64,000 nt of DNA from positions 1 to 64,000 of the forward strand of contig JBDRKI010000099.1 in assembly GCA_043814095.1 (NCBI GenBank), given 5' to 3'. Positions within the stretch are counted from its first letter, which is position 1; each line of letters begins with the position of its first letter. The notes beneath the pieces are model-generated. The model worked only from the letters and a program-made list of their open reading frames with translations. It was not told where the DNA came from and did not search any database. Below are positions 1 to 9,393 of this stretch, piece after piece. The position numbers were made by a program, and so were the translations under genes. The stretch comes from Armatimonadota bacterium. Lineage in GTDB: Bacteria; Vulcanimicrobiota; JACPDS01; JBDRKI01.

Positions 1-803
1 ATAATATCCGAAGGCCAGTGGGTATTCTGCTGTATTCTTGAAAGACCGGATAAAAAAGCAAGCGGATATGTAAGCCATTTTATTTTATACGCTTCCCCCA
101 GTATGGTCGCGGTGGTGAAAACAGAATAAGTGTGTCCCGAAGGGAACGCGTCAAAAACCCAGCTGGGGCCTAAGTTTGCTATAGTATCGCTGGGACGGGC
201 CATGCCCACTACTCTTTTTGATGCCTGAACATTTAAGTCAAGCAGGCCTTCAGCGCCCATCTGGGCAACCTGTTTGCTTTTTTCATCGCCTTTTAAGGAT
301 ATAAGGCCGAAAAGGACAAGATCAATTCCGGCATCCCCCATGGCCGAAAGCATGCTCCCGTTGCCTTTCCAGAAATCATTTTTTCTCATATAATCATCTG
401 CGCGGGTATAAACCTGGTAGTCTTTATCAAAAAGATATCCTGTGGCAACAGCAGACAGGATTCTTTCGGAAGTATTCATCTGAGATGTAACATCATGAAA
501 ATTAAGAATGTTTTTAGGGTCGGTAACCATCTGTACTATCTGAACGGGATTTCTTTTATCCTGAAATCCTTCTTTCTTGTCTTTTTTTTCAATCTTTCTC
601 TCTTTTTTAAAAGGCTCGGATAAAAAGAAATATCTGTATACTTCGTTAAAAAGCATCTGTGATGACGCGAAATGCTCGTTATCAAGCAGCATTTCATGAG
701 CGGGAACATAATTTCCGGGAGCGGAAAAATCATCCGCGCGCGAAACATGCGTTGTTAAAATCAAAGTTAAAAAAAACATTAATAATATTGCGTATCTGCG
801 CAT
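1..803 (-). CDS. PAP2 family phosphatase with N-terminal signal peptide (3' end runs off the window)
   Basis: Not in the ORF track. Manual translation from ATG at 803 (MRRYAILLMFFLTLILTTHVSRA...) stays open to base 1 and contains the PAP2 motifs KRVVGMARP, FPSGHT and SRIQQNTHWPSD. Confidence 0.9.
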   Translation of the reverse strand, partial: MRRYAILLMFFLTLILTTHVSRADDFSAPGNYVPAHEMLLDNEHFASSQMLFNEVYRYFFLSEPFKKERKIEKKDKKEGFQDKRNPVQIVQMVTDPKNILNFHDVTSQMNTSERILSAVATGYLFDKDYQVYTRADDYMRKNDFWKGNGSMLSAMGDAGIDLVLFGLISLKGDEKSKQVAQMGAEGLLDLNVQASKRVVGMARPSDTIANLGPSWVFDAFPSGHTYSVFTTATILGEAYKIKWLTYPLAFLSGLSRIQQNTHWPSDI

Positions 804-818
804 AATAACTTTTCCCCG

Positions 819-1940
819 TCAGTTTTTAGAATTTTTAATCAGGCTCCTTACGAAATTCAACGCTTCTTCCGAATTATATTCCAAAACACCCTGCTGTGCC
901 AAATTTTCCGGGATAAAAAATCCCGCTTCAAAGCCGCCGCCGCTTTTCTTTATTAAATCCATTACGAAAGAAACCGCGCATAACTTATAAGCGGGAATTT
1001 CTTGCCACTGAAGCAAATTAATATCCCGCGCCCTTTTGTCCTGCGAAGCCCTGAAATCTTCAAACAATTTTTCAAAATGGTATATTCCCTTCAAATTATC
1101 CTGCGTATAATATATATATTCGCTTAACCCGTAAGAAAAAAACTTGAAGCTTTTTTTATACCTGCCCAGCACGGCCTTGTTTATAACGGCTCTTAAAATA
1201 TTGCGCTCGGCGTCTTTGCCGTGTATGCCTGCTCCGTTTAAGGTCTTTATAAAAACAATCCCCGCGTCCTGTGCGTCTGCCCCGTACGCCTGCACATGGT
1301 CATCCGCGTTATAAAGAACCGCGTGGACGAAAAAATCCGTACCGAGCCCCAGAAATTTCTCGGTTATTTTCTTCGCGTTCAGTATTTTTAAATAAGCAAG
1401 CTTTTCAATGCTCCGGCATTCGGCGGCGCTCCGGTAAATATTGACCATTGACGGCTCGGACTCTTTAATCACTGACGGGCAGGCCGATATTAATACCGCG
1501 AAACTGCTGCAGGGGAAAGCCGGATCAGACGCGTTTATAAGATGGAGGCAGCAAATATTGTCATTCTCATCGGAAGTCATAAATGAAATATTTTCGCAGT
1601 TTTTATAGGGCGCGGTTAACACAAATTCGCCCGTCTGCCGGTCATATTCACAGCCCGAAAGGATATTAATCCACTTTCCCGAGCTTTCGGATTGATAATA
1701 TATTTTTGAAGGAATTATAATATCGTAAAGAGCTCTCCCCTTTATAATTATATTATTTTTATAAAAGCTTATGGATCTGACTTTTACGATCAGGTAATCC
1801 GCGGAAAATATCTTTTTTCTGCTCGTAAGAAGCAGTCTGTCGGAAACTTTCCTTTTTTTGTCTTTCGCGCTTTCCCGGAGGAAGAAATCTTCAAAATGAA
1901 GAACTTTTCTTTTCTGTCCCGCCAGCCGGTCTGATAACAT
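819..1940 (-). CDS. Hypothetical protein (373 aa)
   Basis: Long ORF with a GGGG SD-like tract upstream, co-oriented with its neighbours; no family recognised. Confidence 0.7.
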   Translation of the reverse strand: MLSDRLAGQKRKVLHFEDFFLRESAKDKKRKVSDRLLLTSRKKIFSADYLIVKVRSISFYKNNIIIKGRALYDIIIPSKIYYQSESSGKWINILSGCEYDRQTGEFVLTAPYKNCENISFMTSDENDNICCLHLINASDPAFPCSSFAVLISACPSVIKESEPSMVNIYRSAAECRSIEKLAYLKILNAKKITEKFLGLGTDFFVHAVLYNADDHVQAYGADAQDAGIVFIKTLNGAGIHGKDAERNILRAVINKAVLGRYKKSFKFFSYGLSEYIYYTQDNLKGIYHFEKLFEDFRASQDKRARDINLLQWQEIPAYKLCAVSFVMDLIKKSGGGFEAGFFIPENLAQQGVLEYNSEEALNFVRSLIKNSKN

Positions 1941-1994
1941 ATATAACCCCTGTTTAATATATTATTGTTTTACCATATTTTACATATAACTATA

Positions 1995-3008
1995 TTAAAA
2001 CCCTGCTTTAAACAGGATAAATCCGATTGTAAGCCCTATGATAAACTTAAATATTTTTATGAAAACAGAATCCCTTACCGAATACGCTAAAAGGGGAAGC
2101 ATGGCATGGCCGTCCTGAACAAACGAGCTTGTAAACAAGACCGAAAAAGGAACAAAGCCGCCGGCGAAAAGAATAACAAAGATAAGGTGGGGTCCTGATT
2201 CGGGTATTAATCCTATGATAGCGCTTAAAAAAAGTATAACGCCGGGGTTTGATTTTACTATCTCCTTCAGGTTAAAAAACGACATCCCGAATTTCACGAA
2301 CAGAAGAGCGAAAAGGGTCCATAAAAATATGCGCCACATATGCTGTTTCATGATATGGTTGACTATATGCTCTTTAAGGTAATGGTCCGAAACCGTTAAC
2401 GCCATAATAAAAACAAAAAAGAGCACGACCATCATGAAAATTTTTACCCCGGTGCTGTCAACTTCAAATATATTGAAATACAGAAGAGCTATAAACACAA
2501 TGCTTGTGAATATAAAGCTTATCCTGGGGAGGGTAAAAATCCTTAAATTTTTGAAATCGTAGCACCCTTCACAGCTGTGCGCGTGCGAATGCTTTGTCTC
2601 ACACTCCCCGCTCGGAGAAATTTTAAAAACCCGCGCAACATAGTCCGCAAGGGGCGCGAAAGCAATTCCCAGCACAAAAAGAATCCCGAACAATACCAGC
2701 GCCTTTTCGGGGAAAAGCTGGAGCATGACAAAAGCCTCGTCGCCTTTTTCCGCGATCATGGCCGCGGTTAAAGCTCCTATCGTGAGAAGCCCCCTCATAT
2801 AAAAAGAAACATTAAGAAAGCCGCCCACGCACCCCGGAACGCTCCCTATAAGAGAAGCCGAGCCGTACTGGGCAAAAGGCCTGCCTTTAACCAGATTTTT
2901 AATCCTGCCGCCGGTTAAAACTTCCAGAAAATCGACAAGAAGCAGCATCGCGAATACAAACACGGTTATCGTGGCCGTTTCTCTTAAAATATCCAACAGT
3001 TCCGTCAT
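1995..3008 (-). CDS. Putative heavy-metal (Mn/As) transporter, DUF2899/ArsP_2-like
   Basis: Multi-TM protein with PGCVG, GDEAFVML, GLIPESGPH and QDGHAMLPLL motifs and a central His/Cys-rich loop (CETKHSHAHSCEGC). Confidence 0.75.
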   Translation of the reverse strand: MTELLDILRETATITVFVFAMLLLVDFLEVLTGGRIKNLVKGRPFAQYGSASLIGSVPGCVGGFLNVSFYMRGLLTIGALTAAMIAEKGDEAFVMLQLFPEKALVLFGILFVLGIAFAPLADYVARVFKISPSGECETKHSHAHSCEGCYDFKNLRIFTLPRISFIFTSIVFIALLYFNIFEVDSTGVKIFMMVVLFFVFIMALTVSDHYLKEHIVNHIMKQHMWRIFLWTLFALLFVKFGMSFFNLKEIVKSNPGVILFLSAIIGLIPESGPHLIFVILFAGGFVPFSVLFTSSFVQDGHAMLPLLAYSVRDSVFIKIFKFIIGLTIGFILFKAGF

Positions 3009-3160
3009 AGTAATATTATTATTTTAAAAAAAACCAATAAATCCTTTTTAAAAATATATTTACTTAATTTGATTTTTTAAGTTAAATAAAAAAGGATGGC
3101 GGAAATAATCGCAGAAAGTAAAATGTCGGTATCAAAAAAAAAGAATTACAGGAGAAAATT

Positions 3161-3550
3161 ATGAAAATAACAGCAACACACATAAAAGACCAGACTTATA
3201 AGATAAACGCGAGGGGGCATGAACTTATCACGGCAAAGCCGAGAGAGGGTGAAGACTATCCCATTTCCCCTCCCGAATTATTTATATCATCACTGGCATC
3301 ATGCATAGGCATATACGCGGTTGATTTCCTTGCCCGGCGCGGGGTTAAAACAGAAGGGCTTGAGGTGGAAGCCGATTTTGAAAAGATAACCGAAGACGGT
3401 AAAACACGGCTGGATAACATAAAAATCAAACTGACCCTCCCTGAAAAACTTGATGAGAAATACAGCAATGCTTTCTTAAAGGTAATTGACGCGTGCCTGG
3501 TTCATGAAACAATAAGGCGCAATCCCGAAATAAAGATTGAGGTAAAATGA
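3161..3550 (+). CDS. OsmC family protein
   Basis: SPPELFISSLASC and C-terminal ACLVHETI Cys pair; AGGAG SD. Confidence 0.85.
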   Translation: MKITATHIKDQTYKINARGHELITAKPREGEDYPISPPELFISSLASCIGIYAVDFLARRGVKTEGLEVEADFEKITEDGKTRLDNIKIKLTLPEKLDEKYSNAFLKVIDACLVHETIRRNPEIKIEVK

Positions 3551-4083
3551 ACCTTAAGAAAATGATATACAGCGTATTCTTCTCGGCGTTAACCGCGGCG
3601 GGAGCGTATATCGCCTTCCCGACGCCTTTTTCCCCTGTCCCTGTAACACTGCAGAGTCTGTTTGTTCTTTTGGCAGGGGCGCTTCTCGGCTCTTCATACG
3701 GGGCATTAAGCCAGATTGTATATATACTGCTCGGGGTATCGGGAATACCGGTATTCGCGGGAGGAGCAGCCGGCCCCTTTGCCCTGGCAGGACCCACCGG
3801 GGGCTATCTTCTCGGATTTATTATTGCCGCTTTTACGGTGGGAAAATTATCTGAGATTATAAAAAAGAATAATTTCTATATATATACCGGGACATTCACC
3901 CTGGGAACATTTATTATCTATATCATAGGGGCAGGATACCTTAAATTTTTCATGCATATTAATTTTAAAAGCGCTGTATTTTTAGGAATACTTCCCTTTG
4001 TGCCCGGAGGAATATTAAAAATAATCGGGGGGAGTTTTCTCGCCGTAAAACTTAAAAGAATCCTTGAAACCGTTATGAACTGA
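3547..4083 (+). CDS. bioY: Biotin transporter BioY (ECF S-component)
   Basis: PVPVTLQ, G-x-PVFAGG and GPTGGYLLGF motifs; ATGA overlap with osmC. Confidence 0.95.
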   Translation: MNLKKMIYSVFFSALTAAGAYIAFPTPFSPVPVTLQSLFVLLAGALLGSSYGALSQIVYILLGVSGIPVFAGGAAGPFALAGPTGGYLLGFIIAAFTVGKLSEIIKKNNFYIYTGTFTLGTFIIYIIGAGYLKFFMHINFKSAVFLGILPFVPGGILKIIGGSFLAVKLKRILETVMN

Positions 4084-5022
4084 TTAAGGTATGTATATCT
4101 CCGGTTTTAATGTTATGGCGTACTTTTCTCTTACTTTTTCTATTACAACCCTTATGAGCTTCCTTATATCATCGCATGAAGCGTTATTTTCATTTACTAT
4201 AAAATTAGCGTGATGTTCGGATATCCTTCCTCCGCCTATCCTCACTCCCTTAAGATTGCAGTCCTCAATTAAATACGCGGATGAAACCTTCCCCGCCCAC
4301 TTTTTCATAAATTCTTTAATATTGGGATTTATTTTCATGCATTGTTTTATCTCTTTTTTATCGTCAATATTTTTAAATATTGAGCCGGCGTTGGGAAGAT
4401 TTAAAGGATGTTTTTCATTTCTGTAATTTATGCATTTTTCATACTTTTCTTTCAGCTCTTCCGGGGATTTGTCTTTATTGAGCTTAAACTCGGCTTCTAA
4501 AATTATATGCCTGCGGTTATGTTTGAACATGCTGTCCCTGTAGCCGAAAGAGCATTTTTCTTTTCCCGCCTCGCGCGAGACGCCTTTTTCATCCATATAT
4601 ACAACCGAAATAATATTATCCGATATACATCCCCCGAAAGCGCCCGCGTTGCCCCTTACGGCTCCGCCGACCGTGCCTGGAAGCCCGGAAGCCCATTCAA
4701 TGCCCGAATAACCGTTCTCAACGGCATGCCTCACAATAGAATTCATCCGGGCGCCGGACTGGGTCTTCAAAATACAGTCTTCTATTGAAAAACTTTCCAT
4801 CCCCAGCTTTATAACAACACCGTTATATCCTTGGTCGCGGAATAAGATGTTGCTCCCGCCCCCCAGTATCAGGAAAGGAAGGCTTTTTTCGTTCGCGTAA
4901 AAAATCGCGTATTTTAACTGATCGGTATCTTTAACTTCAAAAAAATGAGCGCACTCCCCGCCGATTTTAAAGGTGGTATAATCGGCAAGAGTTACAGTTT
5001 TAGGACTTAACAATGCTTCCAC
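4084..5022 (-). CDS. murB: UDP-N-acetylenolpyruvoylglucosamine reductase
   Basis: TTFKIGG, LGGGSN, GLPGTVGGAVRGNAGAFG, FGYRDS, NAGSIFKN and HANFIVN motifs. Confidence 0.97.
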   Translation of the reverse strand: MEALLSPKTVTLADYTTFKIGGECAHFFEVKDTDQLKYAIFYANEKSLPFLILGGGSNILFRDQGYNGVVIKLGMESFSIEDCILKTQSGARMNSIVRHAVENGYSGIEWASGLPGTVGGAVRGNAGAFGGCISDNIISVVYMDEKGVSREAGKEKCSFGYRDSMFKHNRRHIILEAEFKLNKDKSPEELKEKYEKCINYRNEKHPLNLPNAGSIFKNIDDKKEIKQCMKINPNIKEFMKKWAGKVSSAYLIEDCNLKGVRIGGGRISEHHANFIVNENNASCDDIRKLIRVVIEKVREKYAITLKPEIYIP

Positions 5023-5909
5023 TATTTAAACTCCTCCGGCATATTGTAAAAACACTGAGGGTTTACGGCTTCGCCGTTTACAAACAGTCCCCAGTGCAGA
5101 TGCGGGCCTGACGATGTTCCCGTCGCGCCTACCCTGCCTATTAACTGATTCTTTTTCACGTCTTGATTTTCTTTAACTTCCATTTTTGAAAGGTGGATAT
5201 AGAGACTTGTAACTCCCTGTCCGTGATCCACAACTATCGTATTCCCGTAAACAACCGGTATGTATTTCGCAAAAACAACTTTCCCTGAACCGGCCGCACA
5301 AACAGGCGCGCCTTGCGGCGCAGCAATATCTATCCCTTTATGGAAATTATAATATTCTCCGTTATGGTACCTGCGGGTGCCGAGCTGTGTCACTACAGGC
5401 CCCCTGCATGGGGAGGTAAAATTGCCCTTCCAGAGCCTTTCATTGCTGTATGTCATTATCCTGGCATCCAGGATATCATCTTCATCGTCTTTTGTTTTGC
5501 TGTGATAATTCTGCTTCTGCGTTTTTGACAGGGTCAGATACTGCGCCGGAAACTTCTTCGCTTTTATATTAACTGTCTTTATTATTTCAAAAGACGAATA
5601 CCCGTCCATCCCTTTGTCTTTTGTTAATAAAAATTTTATACTGCTTTCCCCCGGGGCTGCCTCTACCGGGATAGAGAGTATTGCCTGCAGAACAGGTCCT
5701 TTATTAAAAAGCTTGTATTCAAGATTATTCCAGAATGCGGCCCCTATAATATTGCTATCCGGATCTGCTATGGTTGCGAATACCGCATCACCCTGATATC
5801 CGGAGGTCTTAATATCTATAACTGGCTCTTCCGCATGCAGGGAGGCGCTAAAAAACATCCCCGCAGACAGAATGATTATTAAAGTTATGATTTTGACTGT
5901 TTTACTCAT
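5022..5909 (-). CDS. M23 family metallopeptidase, secreted
   Basis: Signal peptide; HKGID, YGNTIVVDH and GPHLHW zinc motifs. Confidence 0.92.
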   Translation of the reverse strand: MSKTVKIITLIIILSAGMFFSASLHAEEPVIDIKTSGYQGDAVFATIADPDSNIIGAAFWNNLEYKLFNKGPVLQAILSIPVEAAPGESSIKFLLTKDKGMDGYSSFEIIKTVNIKAKKFPAQYLTLSKTQKQNYHSKTKDDEDDILDARIMTYSNERLWKGNFTSPCRGPVVTQLGTRRYHNGEYYNFHKGIDIAAPQGAPVCAAGSGKVVFAKYIPVVYGNTIVVDHGQGVTSLYIHLSKMEVKENQDVKKNQLIGRVGATGTSSGPHLHWGLFVNGEAVNPQCFYNMPEEFK

Positions 5910-5917
5910 ATTTTTAT

Positions 5918-6844
5918 TTACACTGTTTTCGGCATTTTCGTAAATCCCTGACCGTAAACCTCATAAATATCGGTAAGAATGACAAAAGCGTTCCTGTCCG
6001 TATCTTTTACAATCTCTATTAACTTATAAATCTCGCGCCTTGAAACAACACACATTAAAATCTCCCGTTCATTTTCCGTGTAAGCGCCCTTACCGTAAAA
6101 TATTGTACAGCCCCTGTATAAATCCTTTAGAATCTTTCCGCGTATTTCCTCGTCTTTATCCGAAATTATGTAAGCGGCTTTGGTATTCCCAAGCCCTTCA
6201 ACAATCATGTCTATGACCTTGCTGAAAGCTATTAAGCTTAAAAAGCCCACAAGGGCGTATCCCACATTTTTAAACGCGAAGCCGGCAAGCGATATGACAA
6301 AAAAGTCCGCAATAACATACGCCTGGCCCGCTGTCATTATCTTGTATTTAGAACATATCTGCGCCACTATATCCGATCCTCCGGTGGACCCGCCTGCCCT
6401 GAAAACAAGCCCGAGCCCCACGCCCAAGAGAATCCCTCCAAAAATAGAGGCAAGTATGGGGGTTACCGAATCCAGTATCTGCACTTTTGAGGGATCGCCT
6501 AAAAGATAAACCGGCACATTAGGCAGAAATTTAGGATAAAAAACTTCTGTTATGAAATCGGTAAGAAATGAAGACATGAATATCCCGTAAAGCGTTTTCG
6601 CGCCGAACTGTTTTCCCAAAAATTTAAGGCCTATCAAAAACAAGGGAATATTAAAAAGAAGCATTGTTATTCCCAGCGGGACATGCCAGAATTTAAACAA
6701 AACAATGCTTAAGCCGCTGACCCCGCCCGGGGAAATCTTGTAAGGGGCAAGGAACCAGTCCAGACTTAACGCCATAAGAAGGCACCCGAAAGTAATAACC
6801 ACATAATCCCATACAAGAAGTTTTATCTTTTCTTTGGTAGCCAT
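5918..6844 (-). CDS. YitT family membrane protein
   Basis: PGGVSG, NIPLF and GGSTGGSD motifs; C-terminal DUF2179-like domain (VYGQGF). Confidence 0.93.
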   Translation of the reverse strand: MATKEKIKLLVWDYVVITFGCLLMALSLDWFLAPYKISPGGVSGLSIVLFKFWHVPLGITMLLFNIPLFLIGLKFLGKQFGAKTLYGIFMSSFLTDFITEVFYPKFLPNVPVYLLGDPSKVQILDSVTPILASIFGGILLGVGLGLVFRAGGSTGGSDIVAQICSKYKIMTAGQAYVIADFFVISLAGFAFKNVGYALVGFLSLIAFSKVIDMIVEGLGNTKAAYIISDKDEEIRGKILKDLYRGCTIFYGKGAYTENEREILMCVVSRREIYKLIEIVKDTDRNAFVILTDIYEVYGQGFTKMPKTV

Positions 6845-6889
6845 AACAATATTATCCTTTATATAAATAATGTTTATCTTAGGTATAAA

Positions 6890-6918
6890 AGCATAATTTA
6901 CTTATGTATAATTGTCAA
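6890..6918 (-). promoter_or_regulatory. Sigma-70/A promoter for yitT-M23-murB
   Basis: TTGACA-17 bp-TATGCT on the minus strand. Confidence 0.6.
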
Positions 6919-7022
6919 CAGAAAGAGCTTATGTTATACTATTGTTTATTAAATAGTAATATAAAATAAGACAAAATAAAGCAATACAAGATAATATATT
7001 TAATAAGGTAGGGATTTCCAAA

Positions 7023-8204
7023 TTGAAGATATTAATAGGATCTGAATCATTTTTTCCGGGAATATCGGGGCTTTCTGTTTCTACCGATATCCTGGCAAAA
7101 AAACTGAGCAAAAAAGGACATAAAGTAAGTGTTGTTGTTCCTTCCGCCCACCTTTTAACATCCGGTGTTTTCAGGAAAAACGGATACAAGCTCTACCGCC
7201 TGCATTCTATAGCAAATCCTTTCCGGAAAAACTTCCGCATAACAATATTCCCCATGAACAAAATAAAAGGGATTCTTAACAGGGAAAAACCGGATATCAT
7301 ACACCTGCAGGATCCTAATTTCATATGCCAGTCTTTAAAAAAGCTGGGTAAAAAAATGAATATACCTGTCATAGGGCACTGTCATTTTATGCTTGAATAC
7401 ATTCTCACCTATATAATGTATTTAAAGCCCCTGCATTCCCAGATTAAGAATTTTCTGTCCGAACAGCTTGCCTCTTTCTATAATGAATGCAGTTATGTAA
7501 TAACCCCCAGCGATTTTGTGGCCGAAGACCTTATACGGCGAGGGGTAAAAACTCCGGTAAAAGCCGTCCCCATGGGGATAGAGTTTGAAAAATTTAACGA
7601 CAACAAAGCAAGCGCTTCCGGAATTAAAAGGTTAAGACTCCCCGATAAATTTAAAGCGCTTTATCTGGGCAGGATTGATAAAGATAAAAATTTGGAAGTG
7701 TTTTTCGAATCAATACCAGAAATACTTAAAAAAATTGATATACACATCATAATCTGCGGGACCGGCAGCCAACTTAAACATTTTAAAAGCCTTGCTGGCA
7801 AATTAAAGATAAAGAACAACATTTCTTTCATCGGGCCATTCCGCTATACCGACAAAATGATACCTCTTATCTATAAAAACGCGGATATATTTATTATGCC
7901 TTCGGCAATAGAAACCCAGAGCATAGTGACCCTGGAAGCCATGGGTGCGGGACTGCCTATTGTGGCCGCTAAAGGAGGAGCTGTCCCCGAATATATAAAA
8001 GACATGAAAAACGGTATACTGTTTGACCCGGATGATCCGAAAGACCTTGCCCGGGCTGTCGTTTACCTGCATGAGAACAGGGAATTAATGGAATCCATGA
8101 AAAGGGAAAATGCCTTGTTTGCGAAAGAACAGACCATAGACAACACGATAAACAGGATAGAGGACATATACAACCTGGTTAACGGAGGAAAAAATGAAAA
8201 CTAA
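7023..8204 (+). CDS. Glycosyltransferase family 4 (diacylglycerol glucosyltransferase-like)
   Basis: TTG start; GT-B motifs YLGRIDKDKN and ETQSIVTLEAMGAGLPIV. Confidence 0.88.
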   Translation: MKILIGSESFFPGISGLSVSTDILAKKLSKKGHKVSVVVPSAHLLTSGVFRKNGYKLYRLHSIANPFRKNFRITIFPMNKIKGILNREKPDIIHLQDPNFICQSLKKLGKKMNIPVIGHCHFMLEYILTYIMYLKPLHSQIKNFLSEQLASFYNECSYVITPSDFVAEDLIRRGVKTPVKAVPMGIEFEKFNDNKASASGIKRLRLPDKFKALYLGRIDKDKNLEVFFESIPEILKKIDIHIIICGTGSQLKHFKSLAGKLKIKNNISFIGPFRYTDKMIPLIYKNADIFIMPSAIETQSIVTLEAMGAGLPIVAAKGGAVPEYIKDMKNGILFDPDDPKDLARAVVYLHENRELMESMKRENALFAKEQTIDNTINRIEDIYNLVNGGKNEN

Positions 8205-9384
8205 AACAAATAATCTCTCCCATGAAACAAAGGCGATACACGCGGGTGAGCACCCCGATAAATTATTCGGCGCGGTAACAACCCCTATTTACCAGACTTC
8301 AATATTCGCTTTTGAAAATGCCGCCGAAGGCGCGGCAAGATTCTCGGGAAAAAACGGGGGATATAAATATACCCGGCTCGGAAACCCCACCGTTAAAGCC
8401 CTGGAAGACAAAGTCGCGGCGCTTGAAGGCGCGTACTGCGGGATAGCGACTTCCACCGGTATGGCCGCGGTAACAACCGTCTACCTTACATTTCTTTCTT
8501 CGGACAGCCACATATTAAGCACAGATTCGCTTTACGGACCTTCAAGGCTTGTAATTGAAAAATATTTTTCAAAATTCGGCGTAAAATACAGCTATGTGGA
8601 TACCTCCGATATAAAAAATATTGAAAAAAACATGCGCCCCGACACGAAAATGATATATATTGAAACCCCGGCAAACCCGACAATGAAGCTTGCTGATATT
8701 AAAAAATGCGCGCAAATCGCGCATAAGCACGGGGCGGTACTCGCGGTTGACAACACATTTATGAGCCCCGTATACCAGAGGCCCATAGAACTCGGGGCTG
8801 ATATAGTCATTCACAGCATGACAAAATTTTTAAACGGACATTCGGACGTTGTTGCCGGCATGATCTTAACAAAAAACAAAAATCTGGCCGATAAGATAAA
8901 ACCCGTCCTTTGCCATTTCGGCGGAACAATAGATCCCACCCAGGCCTGGCTTGTGTTAAGGGGCGTAAAATCGCTTGCCCTGCGCGTGGAAAAAGCACAG
9001 GAAAATGCCATTAAACTCGCTAAATTCCTTTCCAGACACCCTAAAATAAAATGGGTGAAGTATCCGGGGCTGCCATCGCACCCGCAGTACAAACTGGCTA
9101 AACAGCAGATGTCGGGCTCCGGCTCCATACTCTGCTTTGAATTAAAAGGCGGTATATCCGCGGGTAAAAAACTCCTGAATAATACAAACTTATGCACCCT
9201 TGCGGTTTCCCTGGGAGGGCTGGAAACCCTTATACAGCATCCCGCATCCATGACTCACGCGGCAGTTCCCAAAAAAGCAAGAGAGGAATCGGGCATTACC
9301 GACGGGTTAATACGCCTCTCGGTAGGATGTGAAAGCTGTAAAGATCTTGAAAATGACCTGGCACAGGCATTAAAAAAAGCTTAA
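8194..9384 (+). CDS. PLP-dependent trans-sulfuration enzyme (methionine gamma-lyase / cystathionine gamma-synthase family)
   Basis: YTRLGNPT, ETPANPT, DNTF, HSMTKFLNGHSD (PLP Lys), AVSLGG and HPASMTH motifs. Confidence 0.93.
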   Translation: MKTKTNNLSHETKAIHAGEHPDKLFGAVTTPIYQTSIFAFENAAEGAARFSGKNGGYKYTRLGNPTVKALEDKVAALEGAYCGIATSTGMAAVTTVYLTFLSSDSHILSTDSLYGPSRLVIEKYFSKFGVKYSYVDTSDIKNIEKNMRPDTKMIYIETPANPTMKLADIKKCAQIAHKHGAVLAVDNTFMSPVYQRPIELGADIVIHSMTKFLNGHSDVVAGMILTKNKNLADKIKPVLCHFGGTIDPTQAWLVLRGVKSLALRVEKAQENAIKLAKFLSRHPKIKWVKYPGLPSHPQYKLAKQQMSGSGSILCFELKGGISAGKKLLNNTNLCTLAVSLGGLETLIQHPASMTHAAVPKKAREESGITDGLIRLSVGCESCKDLENDLAQALKKA

Positions 9385-9393
9385 GGAGCGCTT

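Noticed and set aside
536-748. 70-aa minus-strand ORF
   Set aside because: It is an alternative frame inside the PAP2 gene (1..803).
6912-6940. BirA-operator-like TGTCAAC...GTTATAC
   Set aside because: The palindrome and spacing are poor, it is far from bioY, and the left half is the -35 of the yitT promoter.
8100-8200. SAM/T-box riboswitch ahead of the Met gamma-lyase gene
   Set aside because: The gene overlaps the upstream GT4 ORF, leaving no leader, and no riboswitch motifs were seen.
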